DNA from: Chrysomallon squamiferum
Lineage: Eukaryota; Animalia; Mollusca
Reading direction: 5' to 3'
Assembly: GCA_012295275.1 (NCBI GenBank)
Contig: CM022669.1
Span: 248,001 to 312,000, forward strand
DNA length: 64,000 nucleotides
The notes under the pieces were generated by a model, which was not told the origin of the DNA, did no database searches, and worked only from the letters and a program-made list of their open reading frames with translations. Made by a program: the position numbers and the translations under genes. Of this stretch, positions 1-14,234 are shown one piece after another. The stretch's first letter is position 1, and each line of letters starts with the position of its first letter.

Positions 1-3000
1 TTTTATTAGTACCCGATTGTCCATATTTTATTACGGGTGATAATGCAGTGTTATTTATTGTGTGCGTGCCATGGATACATCAACAAAACATCTTACATAA
101 TCAAATATTTATGTATTCAAATTAATATGATCTGCAGACGTGTCTAAATCGAGTCTAAAAGGAACTTAGTGAACCTGATGTTAGAGAAAGCAATTACTTG
201 TGGGTTTTAGACCGCTGAACACACACATCCGGTTTGTTAAGGTGTTCGCCACTACCACAAGCAAGATCATTAATTGTTTATCCACCAGTATGACCTATCA
301 GTCTTCTGGTATTCTAATTTTTATTAGTTTAAGCCATTCGGCTCAATGGCTTACAATCAATATTAAAAAAAGAACCATAAACAAGTGACAAAGTGGTACA
401 AGTAATGAAGGATGACAATTATATATACTGAGAGCGAATGTTTAAGGCATTTTAGAGGTATTTTCCAATATTATACAATACTTTTCAGTTTTTTAGCTGA
501 CAACAGCTACTCGAGACTAAATAAAAATGGTTTGTACCAGTAATATATTGGTAACAAAATGATATTCATCTTCCACAGCATTCATATTACACATTTGTCA
601 TTTACGTTTCTATCTTTTAATATTATGATAGTTTTCAACCAGCAATGCCTGGGCAGAAACTCGAAACCTAGCAATGAGTATAGTAGAGGAGTCGGACAAA
701 GACACTTAAAACCGACCACTACTTCAATAAATTCATTATTATAAACCCATAGTAAACGTATACTTGCATGTTGATCCTTCAAGTGTTAAAACTGAAGAGA
801 GTAAGTGGAATAATATTAATAATGTAACCAGTGAGTTAATATCAGTATATATGCAATATCTTTAGAGAAACCAAACTTGCAAGGTTATCTTAAAATTTTA
901 TTTTCATTTATAATTTTTTCATTCTTTAAATATATATATTATTTATTTGTTTTTATTATTATTATTACTTTTTATTCTTTTTTTTAATGGCTTTTATTTT
1001 AAATAATTAAATAAGCCCAAAGACCTCTTTTTTCAACGGGTTTTTTTGTGTTTTTTTTCTTCTAGAAAACGAAGTAGAAGACCTAACAGAATATACAAAA
1101 CATTGTTAAAAAGATGCCGTGTTCTCCAAAACTGTTTACAGTTCTAGGTACACCTACCTTTACAGTTATAGGTAAATGTTGCAATATTGGTAATAACTTT
1201 TGACCCCCACAGTCTGACAGCAAGAGACAGTGTCACTAATGCCTAATGACAATCCAACGAATTTTTACTACCAGCTTTAATTAATAGATACGACATCATA
1301 AACATCATGTCTTCGCTTTGAACTGTTTAACGTACTTTATAGATGGGTTTTTAATTGTACACGGTAATTAAATAATTACTCGATATTTCCGAGAATATTC
1401 AGATAATTATGTTTGATGAAGGGCTGCGTAGGCCAGGTTTCTTAATAAAATGTCAGTAATTAAAAGAAAATAAATTCTAAACAGAAATTCAGCTCCAGAA
1501 TTAAGAGCCTGTTTACAACAAAAATAAATACTACTGTTACTACTACTAATGCTACTATTATTACTACAAATAATAATAATAAATTAAAAAATGAATGAAT
1601 GAATGAATTAAAAGCTATATAACCAACAATAAACATAAATATGCTCTTTCCTTAATTTACCTGAACAGGAAGAACCTGGTCTGACGCTGTTAAAAAGAGT
1701 TCAAATCCTGGTCTAGCTATTAATCTGTCCTGTCAGTATAATCACCTGTTACACACAAAGTATATCTTACATCTACTGATTATTTCTATCATCTAAAAAA
1801 TGTTTTAATTCGTTACCAAAAAGTGAGACCAAAATACGTAGCCTGAAGTAAGAAATAAAAAAGATATTTATTATCCGCGCCGCAGTGAAAAGATGCACGA
1901 AATCTGCCTTGGTAGCATTAGTTTTCTGAACAAATAAAAATACACTTCATTTGACTTAGACAAAGGAAGGACTAGTATAATATAGATTTTCTTTTCAGTT
2001 GGAAATTACATATAATTAATCAGAGAGAACACAAAGAAGCTGGCTGACTCGACCGGATAGCCTAATTAATGTATTTTACTCTGTAAAAGTTGGCAGATAT
2101 CTATTTTGAAAAATTTGCCTATTGATTGTACACACGAATTTATAATTTTCATATTGTTTGCATTTTAACAATTCCCGAGTGAAAATATCCTTTTATAGGT
2201 TTAAATATTTAAAATATAGCCATTTATGAAATAGTCAGACTGAAAATAAATTTCAGATATATGTATGAAAGCTGCAGTTCAGTATGAAACTTATTTCAAA
2301 GGCTGTTTGGTTAATTAAGACCTATTCACAAATGATAAAGAAATACCTGTACACGGTACACTCCTTATTGATGTATTAAATGCGGTCATCCTTTAAAATC
2401 GTCGGTAGTATCCACTGCGCGGCAGATCGTTTTATCGATAATAAATCGCTAGTGAAATAGCTTTTGTGTGGAGGAAGAAACAGACATACGTATCATTAGA
2501 TACTGACAAAAATCTTTGAAAACCTATGATTGTGTATGGAATCGGAGTTTGATAATTGTTTATTTGTTATAATCAACCAGGCTGTATTTATACCATGTTT
2601 ATCTAGAAATTACACCAAGTTTATCTGGAAATGAGGTATAAACCGAAAGGTCAGAAAGTGTGAATATTTTTGGAGTGTCTAAGTGGTAATAAATAGAATG
2701 AAAGAACAATGTGTAAAGTGTACATTCCACAGACAATAATCCATACATGTCCTATCAGTGTAGTGATTTTGAACCAGATTAGTCTCTACTGCCGCTGTAG
2801 GAATCCCAAAAAACTCCCCTAGCCCAAAATACCTCAAAATACTCCCCTATAAAAACTTTTAAATATAATGTAAAAAATACAATTATTAAATTTTGTAGAT
2901 TTAAGTAATGCACAGATTTTCCTTTATTACAATCAAGGTAGCATTCAGCCTAGTTTTTCGTGGGTCTTTAACTATCTAGTTAATGACAACAAATTATATT

Positions 3001-4059
3001 GTAAATGAATGTGACTGTTATGAAATTCAAAGCAAATTTTAAAATACAGATTTTATTGTATGCTGCATAAAATCTCATTCTAAAATCCATTTAATGTGAA
3101 AAGATAATTTTTTGTACAATAATTATTCCTAAATCCTGCTTGAACTTCAAATAGTATATCATTTGTTTCAAAATAAAACTTTAGTCTAAAGCTTTAGTAA
3201 AAAGCTTTTCAAGACAACTAAGAAATGTAATAGGTGTGTAATTTTCACACACAAACACTCACACATACAGACATACACATACGTTCATACACCTATACAC
3301 ACATACTTACCTAAAGATAGATATTTACTTACCTACCTACCTACATACATCCATACATATTTGTTTGTTTTAGGATGCTGTTTTGGATAGTGAGAAAGAT
3401 GCTTTCTAAATAGTTTTTGAAATGATTTGAAATAAGTTTTTAGAAATGTTTTGTATTGCTCGAGTACTGTATTTATGTAAAGTTCCGAAAACTTCTGAAT
3501 ATAATTTTAAATTACTTACATACAAGGAAGCTCCTAAGATTAGTCCCTACTGCGGTAGAGGATCTTAAAACACTCACCGAGCCTCAAGACACCCCACCCG
3601 CCACCCTAAAATACTCCTCTAGTTATGTAGATCTAAACGTTTAAATATATTTTTACACACACACACAGACACACACACGTACACATTCACTTTACGTATA
3701 CACAAACATACATACACATATAACTATAAACAGAATCAAAGATTCATACACAAATCTATACAATTTGACATCATTGTTAATTACACTATAGAGTGAATAG
3801 AGGTTGCATGGCATCATCTTTCTTTATTTAGTTTCATTTGTTTATGTATTAAACTGTATCTTTGGTGACATGAAGAAATAGTCTAAGTGTATTCTGCATA
3901 CTTACAAGTTATGTTTAATTTGTGTTTTGCGTTTTGAGTTAAAAAAAACAAAAAAGCAAACTTGGAACTACAAAAATTATTAATAGTTCACACAATGATA
4001 GTTCCACACATACATTTTAATAATGTACGCCAAAAATTATTTAACAGTCGATATAGATA

Positions 4060-4386
4060 CAGGTACCGGACTAATTATGCGGACTCCTTGGAGCCTGATT
4101 TTCCGATTTTCCGATTTTCTGGTACCAAGGCATCCAAATAGGTAAATAATTAGACATAAACATTTTAAAATTAAAAACATAAAGAAAATTAACGGTACAC
4201 AACTGTGGCGACTCGACACGTAAACAATGCGGCGAGTGAATGAACGCCATACGACTTAAAAGAGTAGTTCCGGCCTGGTGAGGGCAAGACCCGCGCGTGC
4301 GAACTATGAAAATAGCGTCGGGAAAAAACTTCCGGTTTTCTAGACTTTCCGGATTTCAGGACGCCGGATAATTGATCCGGTACCTG
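4060..4386. mobile_element. non-autonomous Tc1/mariner-superfamily (pogo/Tigger-like) MITE, 327 bp
   Basis: Terminal inverted repeats CAGGTACCGGA(CTAATTATGCGG)...(CCGGATAATTGA)TCCGGTACCTG, flanked by TA at 4058-4059 and 4387-4388. CpG-rich interior. Confidence 0.8.
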
Positions 4387-4427
4387 TATTTAATACCCAG
4401 ATAATTATAAAAAACAGTACAAACTTT

Positions 4428-4652
4428 ATATTATTATTATTATTACTACTACTACTGCTACTACTACTACAACTGCTACTACTACTACACTACTATTGCT
4501 ATTCCTACTACTTCTACAGCTACTATTACTACTACTACTATTATCACTACTACAACTACTACTACTATTGTTACTACTACTATTACTGCTACTATTAGTA
4601 CTAGTACTACTACTACTACGACTGCTATTATTATTACTACTACTACTACTAT

Positions 4653-4687
<35 letters not shown>

Positions 4688-4720
4688 TTTAATAGTAGTT
4701 TTAGTAGGCATAGTAGTGAT
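4428..4720. repeat. compound trinucleotide repeat (TAT)n-(TAC)n-(TAG)n
   Basis: Seen directly. Source of the poly-Leu/Val ORF 4496-4930. Confidence 0.9.
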
Positions 4721-4871
4721 AGTGAAAGTGGGAAAAGTATTAGTTGCTGTAGCAGTTCTGTAGTTGTTTTATACTATATTTATTTCAGTGAAATTATTTA
4801 TCATTTGATTCCATTTTCAAAGATGTCAACATTTTTTTTAGCTTTTAATTTCATTATATTTATTTATATTA

Positions 4872-4904
<33 letters not shown>

Positions 4905-5385
4905 GTTTGCTTTTCTTCCTGTTGTCTTGAACAGAAAAACGGACCAGATAAAAAAAAAGTCTTCAGACGTATTTTCCGATTTCTAAATATTATCAAAGTC
5001 AACGTTCGCCGTGTCAGTACAATATCTAGGGTCACTGTACCCAAGACTTTAAGATGGTCGTATATGACATTACAACTATGTCCAGCGTATCGATATTATA
5101 TAAGCTGCATCTCTTCCAGATAGCGTGCAACAAAATCAATAATATTTAGCAAAAACCAGAAAGAATGTTCATGATGAATGTTCGCATTGTAGCATTAACC
5201 TCAATAATCGTTATAGTCATGTGATTTCTGAACTAGGGTTACCTCTTTTCCTCAATGCAACACATTGTCATGGTGATTGGTTAAAACATATATTTAAAGC
5301 TTTACTAATGCTCCTAAATTGTTTTGTTTTGTTTTGTTTAATTAAGATGGATAGAGCTGGATAGAGACAGAGAGACAGCAATGTA

Positions 5386-5436
<51 letters not shown>

Positions 5437-5944
5437 TTAATTTCTACCGCGAAGGAAATAAAGTTGAAAGCTCTAATGACCTAACAGTTTACAGAGTGGA
5501 ATGATATTGTAATGAAATGTGCAGATTAATAATAAATTTTACTATAAATATTTCTAATAACTTTGGAAATTATTATCACAAGTATAAATCTGAACTTTAT
5601 GTCACTAATAAGCCTAAAAAATTTGGAAATTAGTGTACAGAAGAGGTTTGATCATGAAAATCAAGTGAATTAAATCCCACCCCAACATATAAATTTAATT
5701 ACAAAATTAGTTTAATACTTTTATTAATAATAGCTATTATTACTGTGGTACAATGGTAAAAATACCATTAGATCAGATTAATTATGGATTATTAATGTTG
5801 TGGACAAAGTCTTGAGAGCAGTCCCACTTTACAGTTTTCCACTTGTAATAAGAGATTTCAACCTTTGCACCCTCTCTCGAATGTAAAATCGTGCAGTTTC
5901 AAGTTATAGTTAGGAACTTGTTTTTAAAATCATGTGTGTCAGTA

Positions 5945-5946
<2 letters not shown>

Positions 5947-6020
<74 letters not shown>
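5947..6020. repeat. (TC)n microsatellite; similar tracts at 8633-8693 and 13384-13458
   Basis: Seen directly. Confidence 0.97.
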
Positions 6021-6025
<5 letters not shown>

Positions 6026-6940
6026 ACTTGGCTCCATTTGTTTTAGGAAGGAAATACGTGAACACAGTTATAAAATGATTTAGTATTCAAAAATAAAACT
6101 GCCACAGACAGAAATGTTGATCTGTTACTAACAGACGTCAGTCTGAATGGGTTTTGTTTTTTTGGACTTCATTAAAGAGATTGTGAAGGCATGGCTTCTT
6201 TTCCTTTTCGTTTCTTTTATTTATTTATTTATTTTATTCTTTCATTTTTTTAAAACTGCTTTTCTGTACCTATAATGTTTAGGATAATTATTGAAATTAT
6301 CATCGATTTATCTGTGTTGCGGAAATAGTTCTACAGCCTAATGTTAGCTATTTATTACTTGTCTCCAAATGTAGTAAACGGAGAAAAAGAAAATAATCAA
6401 TTTACTGTTATTACGTGATATGTATTTCTCGCAGTTTACTTTTGTTTACTCGTCACCAACGGCAACGACGATGATTTTTTCCTTTTATTTATTTATTTAT
6501 TTGTTGTTATTCTTAGGTTTCGAAAACACAACATCTTCATGTGCCAGGTTACTAAACTGGTGAAAAAATTCAATGTGAAATTTTATTTAGATGTTTGAGA
6601 TTTGTCAGACTATGGAGCTTTGTGCCATTTTGGTGGCTGGCTGTACAGAATGCCATCGGGCGTCTTTCCTATGAAGTAGATATCAGTAAAATTATTATAA
6701 CTAACAAGGAAATGCTCCGAAGGAGTGTAGTTTGGATTATGTTGTTCTATTTATCATTCGTCAGGTGCTAATATGTAGTTATTGAATGTATTTAGGAAAT
6801 TTGATAAAACTAGCAGGAAAGACGGGATTAATCTAGAGTGTTTTATGAGGCATCCATGGAAATTGTATTTGGAATTTCAAAATTACGATTTGAATCTGGT
6901 CTCACCAAAAATGATTTTACTTTATTTATTTATTTTATTA

Positions 6941-6971
<31 letters not shown>

Positions 6972-7425
6972 CATTGCTTTTTTTTTTTTTTTTTTTTTTT
7001 GAAGCCGATGTCACCGGTGAACAGTTTTGAATTTCTGGAAAATTTATCATTCATGCTTACAATATATACCACATTGTTTTATGTCTTTTGGTCCCTGCTG
7101 CAAATCAAGTCTCGCACAATCTTATGAATGAATATCTTAAATATTAATATAGCTTGATAACATGATCATATTTTCGGACACATATAAGGATCAGCTCGAT
7201 AGGCTTATAAAAATATTTCAACATATTAGGCAGAAAAATGTTCTCTATTAAAAAAAAAAAAAAATGTTTGGAGAGACCAGAGTCAAATCCTAATTTGGAA
7301 ATTTTGATAAAATGCCAGATGGACTTGAATTTAGTTATTTTATATGCAAATGTCTGCATATATGATTTAATACATATGTGTATATGTATGAAGTAAGTAT
7401 GTATGAACGTATGTGTATATGTATG

Positions 7426-7464
<39 letters not shown>

Positions 7465-7968
7465 AAGTATGTATGTATGTATGTATGTATGTATATCTAT
7501 ATGTATATAAGCAAGTTTGCATATATTAGTGTATTTTTTTGTATGTACGAGTATATGTATTTGTATATATTCAACACGCTTACAATATTAATGGCACTGT
7601 TTCATTCTTTCTATAGATTTTTCATTTAGGAACACCTGCCAGCTTTTACTTTATAGCGTAAAGAACATTTCGGTTTGTCAAACTAATTACTACTTTTAGG
7701 GCTGTTTTGGGTTATGTGCCTTTGGCCTGTCTATTTTTAATATATGCTACACCTGACGGCAATAGGTACTCCTTTTGTTGCTGTGTGTGTACTAGAACAG
7801 TGTATCTACGTCACAATTTACATTCTTCCGTCTTGGATACTAGCTGTCAAAGGAGAAACAAATTTATGACGTAGAAACGTTGTTGACACAATCTGTGTTA
7901 TTTTCTGTTCTTTTTTTAACTTTCTTTACATTATTATTTTTTTTCTACTTTTTATTTATTTATTTATT

Positions 7969-8033
<65 letters not shown>

Positions 8034-8218
8034 AGAATAATAATAATTATCTTTCATATTTTAAACATGAATTTTAGAAAAATGCGCATGTACGTACCTG
8101 TGCATGCACATATGGATGTAATTGTGTGGGTTTTTTTATTAAAATAATTATAAAAACTAAGAATATAATCATTTTAATCAAACTATATCACGAGTAGTTG
8201 ATATATTTAAAAATGTAT

Positions 8219-8261
<43 letters not shown>

Positions 8262-8342
8262 CCATTTTATGTTTGTTTGCGAACTTACCTATGTATCGTT
8301 TAATATATCTCCTAACCTAATATCTCCTAACCTCATACAAAA

Positions 8343-8377
<35 letters not shown>

Positions 8378-8629
8378 ACAGAACAATAATATATTTTTAA
8401 GTTACTGAAATATCATTTATATCTTTCAGTCTCAGAAAAGTTTTATTATTATTATTATAAGAAGTAGCAGTAGTACTAGTGGTATAGTAGTAGTAGTTGT
8501 TATAGTAATAGTAGTAGCAATAGAAGCAGCAACAACAGTAGTAGTAAAAGCACTAGCAAAAGTGGTAATGGTAGTAACAGTGATTGTTGTCTGGTGTCCT
8601 CTTTAGTGTTATTCAAATATGTCACTTGA

Positions 8630-8697
<68 letters not shown>

Positions 8698-9124
8698 TTT
8701 AAGTAGTAGTATCAACAACGTTATTATTCCACTACCTTTGAACAAACTTTGGACAACACTTTGAACAAGCTGCTTTATAAGTTACCAGAAACATTAAAGT
8801 GTAACAATAACTGAGATTTATTATTTGTCTTACGTTTCAAATGAACATTATTTGAAAGTATATACAATTTGTTTATACCCTTTGGACAATAAAGCTGACT
8901 TTTAAACAGTTTTTGTTCAAAACTAACAGCTGGTATTGTTGTAAAATCTAGTTGCAATTAATTCATACGGTACGAGTGGCATGACAGGAGAAATTATAAT
9001 ACAAAATAGAATACAGGAGTTATACCGTGCTGCCCAAGGGTGGCTGAATTCCAGTTCTTTTAAGACAAAATTGTTCGTATTCAGTGTGAATTGATAGACC
9101 TTTTAAACAGACGTAAATTACTTA

Positions 9125-9260
9125 CAGGGTTCTCACGGGGTCTCGAAATACGGAAAAGGTCAGAACAATTAAAAATTGTTTTTCCGACCGGTAAAGGACC
9201 TTATATATTATGAAATCCTATAAAAATCCGGAAAAGTATTTAAAAGTTACGAACGTTCTA
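9125..9260 (+). mobile_element. degraded 5' end of a hAT-like MITE
   Basis: Starts CAGGGTTCTCACGGG with repeated GGAAAAG(G)T subterminal motifs. No matching right TIR found. Confidence 0.35.
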
Positions 9261-12200
9261 CCGTTCAGATAATTGCTTATAGTCCTTTTCCTTACGCTGT
9301 TTTATTTTAAACTTGTCACAAAAAGTTGTATTTAATGTTTGGTGGGCGATTCTAGTGACTTTGTTATTTCATCCCTTGATTATCTTCGATACCATTCGTC
9401 AACCCACAATGTTTGAAGTAGCTCGCGGATGGAAGTGGATCCGCGCCAAGTTTGTGAATTTAATGGACGGCTGATAAAATTTTGGTTCTTATAGTTATTT
9501 TGACCTACTCGGAAAAAACTTTGGGTTATGCAAGCAAAGCGCGTGTAGCATTCAAACGAAGTAAACTGTCATCGGTGAGCACTGTTTTATTCGGTGAAGA
9601 CTGATCGCAAAATCGTATTGTTCAGACCTCTGTAAAATTAAAAAACATTGTTAGTGTCAGCTTTATATCAGTGCACTGTAATCATTTTAAGATAGGAACG
9701 TATGCTTCCTTTTTGTTAGTAAATAATTTAAAAAACAACAACAACAACAACAAAATACCACTTTTTTCTATGATTTTTGTTTGATAGATGTTATTGTGGT
9801 GCCCAAGTTTAATAAAATTTCAACCTGTTTTACATGGCCATGCGTGATTTTGAGTATTTTCAAAAATACGTTAGAGCCAACGAAGTTGATTAGCCACTAC
9901 ACTGAATGTGATCAGAGGAAGAAAACACAGATATAAAACAATGTACTTCGTTGGCTTGATTGTGATACAAACGAACCAGTGCTGGATACGAGAACGGAAA
10001 TCTTAAAGATGCTTTAGAGAGGTTAGTTACATTTTTATGTTGTAAAATATTGAGTCAAACCTTTTCTAACAGGGAAAAGATCCTTGGACTTTTTTTTTTA
10101 GATCTTTGGCCCAGGGCACTTCAGTTTCGGTGGCCCATTATTAAATTACATGACAAATAATTTTAAAACAATTAACTAAAATGAATGAAAAAGAATATAA
10201 GTTAGGTTCCAAAAAACACGTCTTATTTTATAGTTCTCATTTTTACTAACTCTAAGAATAACTGCGCAGTTTGTAATATAGGCACAGTAATATAATGTAT
10301 TACACAGTAATATTTAGCTTTGAAGTGTTGTGTCCTTTATTTTATTTTTAAATTATGCACATCACATTATATTTTTCTCTTCTTTTTTAAAAATTCTTTA
10401 CATAAGATATTTATTATACTGATATTCGCGGTGATTTCTGTTTAATAAAAAAACTAATTTTAAATTATTACATTTATTTATAAAGGAAATTGCCCCTTTT
10501 GCCCCCGCTTGAAACCGACCATGGTTAGATCTACAGAATTATGGAGTTTTTCACCTGTTTAATGTAATACAAGAGAATCTGTAAGGAGCTCTTTAATACT
10601 GCTGATTATTTATATTTGGCTATGAAAATAAAACTGAAAAAAAAAAAAAAAAATCCCAAAACAGCAAACATGCCCCTGCAGAACAGGTGAGCGCAGTTAA
10701 TATTAAAATTCTCTGTAATTGTTTACATTGCTTGGAGGTCTGGCAGCTATCTCGTTAAACAGTTTGTTGAGTAAACTGTAAAATATGAACTTCATAAAAC
10801 GTCCAGCGAATGTAGCACGTGATTATTAAATTAATATGTTGTAAATATCTAGTAATTGTAAAATTCACACTTTGTGTGGAACTTATTTAATAATTTAGAC
10901 TGTTTAAACATCAGGTAAATGTAATATTGAAAAAGTATTAAATGTACATGTCAGGGTTAAACTCAGCTAGAAACCAAAAATGTAGATTAAATTTTTAGCG
11001 AAATGTAGCATTTTAATTTTTGTAATTGGTTACTTACTACGTTGTTTAAATATCCAGTAACTCTAAACTTATTTACACATATATTTATTAAAATGTACTT
11101 GTGGCGGTGCCAGTAGAATAGTCTCATAACAGTATTTACACTCAGGAATTATTATTTTATTGTTTTCAGTGATATGAACGCTCATAAAATAATCCTGTTT
11201 CTAAACTTTGGAGCGAAAAAGATACAGTGATAATTCACAGTTTCGCACCAAATTTTAAAATAATGCGATCACCAAATGCATAATAATACATTAATTATCT
11301 TTCTTTTACTTGTCAGTAGCAAATGTTTTATTATGTACTTCTCGACATACATACGCACACACACACGCACGTATACGCACAGTCACGCAGACACACATTT
11401 TTCTGTTTTTAATCAATGCTGCAGCACGAGCAATATTTTGTAATAGATCGTTTTTTTTTCCGTGATAATTTCTGCTTCATCGTAAACTAGAATTTTAATT
11501 GGCCTATAGCAGCTTTCAGATAAAAATAAAAAAAGAAGAGTAAAATAAAAATAATTAGTGATATTATGCATTTAACTGATCACATTATTTCAAAGACTGG
11601 CACGACTTTGTAAAACAGTTTATAGTTTATAACAAGGACAGCTTTAATTGGTAATCTGGGTTAATTAAATACACATATGTTTTAGTTAGAGAATATTTAT
11701 CTGGATTGAGAGGTAACCGAAATTTAGATTTTTGATACTATTTTTACTAAAACGTTTTTAAAAGATTAACAACATGAAAAAAAGAAAAAAAAAAAGAAAA
11801 GAAAAAAAGAATTAGATTTGGCGTCCTTTCGTTATTGTATGCATTCATGCGTCTGTATGATCAAACGAACATTTCTGATGAGCAATTTATGTACCTACTA
11901 AAATCTTGCGCAAATATCAACAAAATAACATTAACAAACACCGTTCTTTTTCTACATATATTAACTGTTACTGCTCCGGTAGTCAAACTCAGAGAAGGTT
12001 AACGTCCATATAAAAAAAAAAAAAAAAAAAAAAAATCACGTGTCAGTTATAACCATTATAAGCGATACTTCTGCACGAGCGATCGACTGGCTTGATAGGC
12101 GTTAAAAGCATGAAAGGATTCGGTCAAAGGTATTTGATACCAGATTTGTCACCTGTTACTATAGTATTCACGACAATGTAATTTGAAATCATAGTTACAT

Positions 12201-12870
12201 CATTAGCCAATGATTATAGTGTATTATAATTTTTCTTTATCAAATTAAATAAAAATACTACTTTGTTTCTTTTCCAGTTTTCATTCTTTCTTCTTTTTTT
12301 TTCATTCATTTATTCCCTTCTTTTTACTGTTGTTGTTTTATGATTATCATCACATCAACATGTTGATCACAATCAAATTATAACATTACTATTGTGGTAA
12401 TTAATTTTATCCATACAGTCTTTAGCATTATGGAGCTTTGATTATGGATAATTAATTAAAATTCCCTTCCTAGGTCTTTACAAAGGTAAAGAATAACGCC
12501 ATGAACTCCTCAGGGTTTGTACTATATTACGCACATAAAGAAAAGATCAGTTTACAGCATAGGCATTTAAAAATTTGTTTAGATTTAATAAGATTTTCAT
12601 TTTTGTTCATCTCAAAATAGAAATGTATGTGTTAGTTGTTGACTGTTTAATTCTATATGGTCTGAAACGATTTTATTTAATATAGCGTGCAATATATACT
12701 TGTTTGTAAATGAATTTGTTTAATACCATTACTTAATGAATTGTTCTTTATAGATGTCCGCGGATATATATGTGTGCGTGTGAAAGAGCGAGAGGGAGGG
12801 AGTCTGTCTACTTTTAATAACTGGTAATGTTTAAAACAAAAATTATATTCATGGTTTTACTGACTAATCT

Positions 12871-13115
12871 TATTACGTCATTTTACTGCAGTGCAACATT
12901 ATGTTTACATATATTTCCTGTACTTACCGAAATTTCCTTTTGACTGCCACCCAAATTAGATCAAAACGAGGTTATACGTTCCCATGTAATTAACCAGACT
13001 GTTATTTATATCAATTCGTTTTGTTTTTTTTAAAAATAATATTTGACATTTATAAATTATATGTACAGGAAATATATTAAAACATAAGAGTGTACTGCAG
13101 TAAAATGACGTAATA
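12871..13115. mobile_element. MITE-like fold-back element with ~52-bp imperfect terminal inverted repeats
   Basis: tattacgtcattttactgcagt...atatatttcctgtac (12871-12923) is the reverse complement of gtacaggaaatatat...actgcagtaaaatgacgtaata (13063-13115). TA occurs at both outer ends. Confidence 0.7.
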
Positions 13116-13198
13116 TTGTAAAGGTGTTATCAAGAATGGGATATATTGATATGAAAGTTATCCCATTATCTGTATCTTTTTCTTGCATGCACTTTAGG

Positions 13199-13231
<33 letters not shown>

Positions 13232-13381
13232 CACAAAACGCCTCTGGTATAATTCGATATCTCTACTCACGTCATGCTCTCGTTTAGACCTAAAATTTAA
13301 ATGTACGTGCACCTGACCAAGGCACCACAATATACCTCTGGTTACGTTATTATTATCTTTTAGAGAATGATGCCCGTCACA

Positions 13382-13464
<83 letters not shown>

Positions 13465-13499
13465 TGTGTGTATATATTTTGTGTCTATGTGCCTGTTTT

Positions 13500-13750
13500 T
13501 CTCTCATGTCGCCAAACATTTACCATACCAACGGACTTTATGTTGAATGGGTTGCTACGCATCGTATTGCAGGTCCGCTAACTATTAACGGCATAAGTAC
13601 CGTTCGATTGACGTCATAAGCATGGCTACTTATCGGCTAAGTTAGGTCTCTCTCTCTGTGTTGTTAGCGCACACGAATAAGACTTGGTGTGGTAACCGCG
13701 CGTGTTCATTCACAGTTCACTGGCTATAGTTGCCATGTAGAGTGATTCAA
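13500..13750 (+). promoter_or_regulatory. putative promoter: CpG-dense patch with palindromic CRE (TGACGTCA, 13609-13616) and Inr-like TCATTC
   Basis: Local CpG cluster, a perfect CRE about 95 bp upstream of the Inr-like motif, and a downstream splice donor. No TATA box seen. Confidence 0.55.
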
Positions 13751-13969
13751 AGCGATTTTTTTTTCTTTTATAATATTATTCATTGAATGTTGGACTAAAA
13801 TACAAAACTATTATATTCTGGAAAAGGGTTGACAAGTTAACAGCCGAATTTTTACCTTGGTGTTTTGAAAAGAAATATATTTAATTATTAAAATATTTTA
13901 TTTATCAGTGAGGATGTCGTGTTTATTCTCTGTGATGTAATCATATCGCTAAGCCAAACGAAGAACAAG
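13708..13969 (+). other. putative non-coding first exon (5' UTR) of the NCX gene
   Basis: Strong donor AAG|gtaaga at 13970. It lies at the end of the CpG-retaining region. The start is inferred from an Inr-like TCATTC at 13706-13711. The ATG exon has an acceptor, so an upstream exon is needed. Confidence 0.55.
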
Positions 13970-14179
13970 GTAAGAAAGAGAGAAGAAAAAAAAAAGAGTT
14001 TAATTTAGTTGCCAATATTTTACTTTGCATATTACAGAGAACTGCATGATGTTTATTTATTTACTTTTTATTTTTTTTATTTTTTTTCCCTGCCTTACAT
14101 GACATTATTGACAATTATCATTTTTTAAATTATTATTACCTGGATATTTTGTTTGTTTGTTTTTGTTTATGTGTGTGTA

Positions 14180-14234
<55 letters not shown>

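Noticed and set aside
1680-1720. B-box-like GAGTTCAAATCC suggesting a tRNA or SINE head
   Set aside because: I could not build an A-box, cloverleaf or SINE body around it.
4496-4930. 144-aa poly-Leu/Val ORF and similar low-complexity ORFs (7378, 7880, 8500, 41213, 49433, 60407)
   Set aside because: They derive from microsatellites and AT-rich tracts.
10108-10523. GGCCC and TGCCCC-rich fragments resembling a MITE end
   Set aside because: No paired TIR or TSD could be defined.
13730-13743. RFX X-box-like GTTGCCATG near the TSS
   Set aside because: Only a half-site; the second half does not match.
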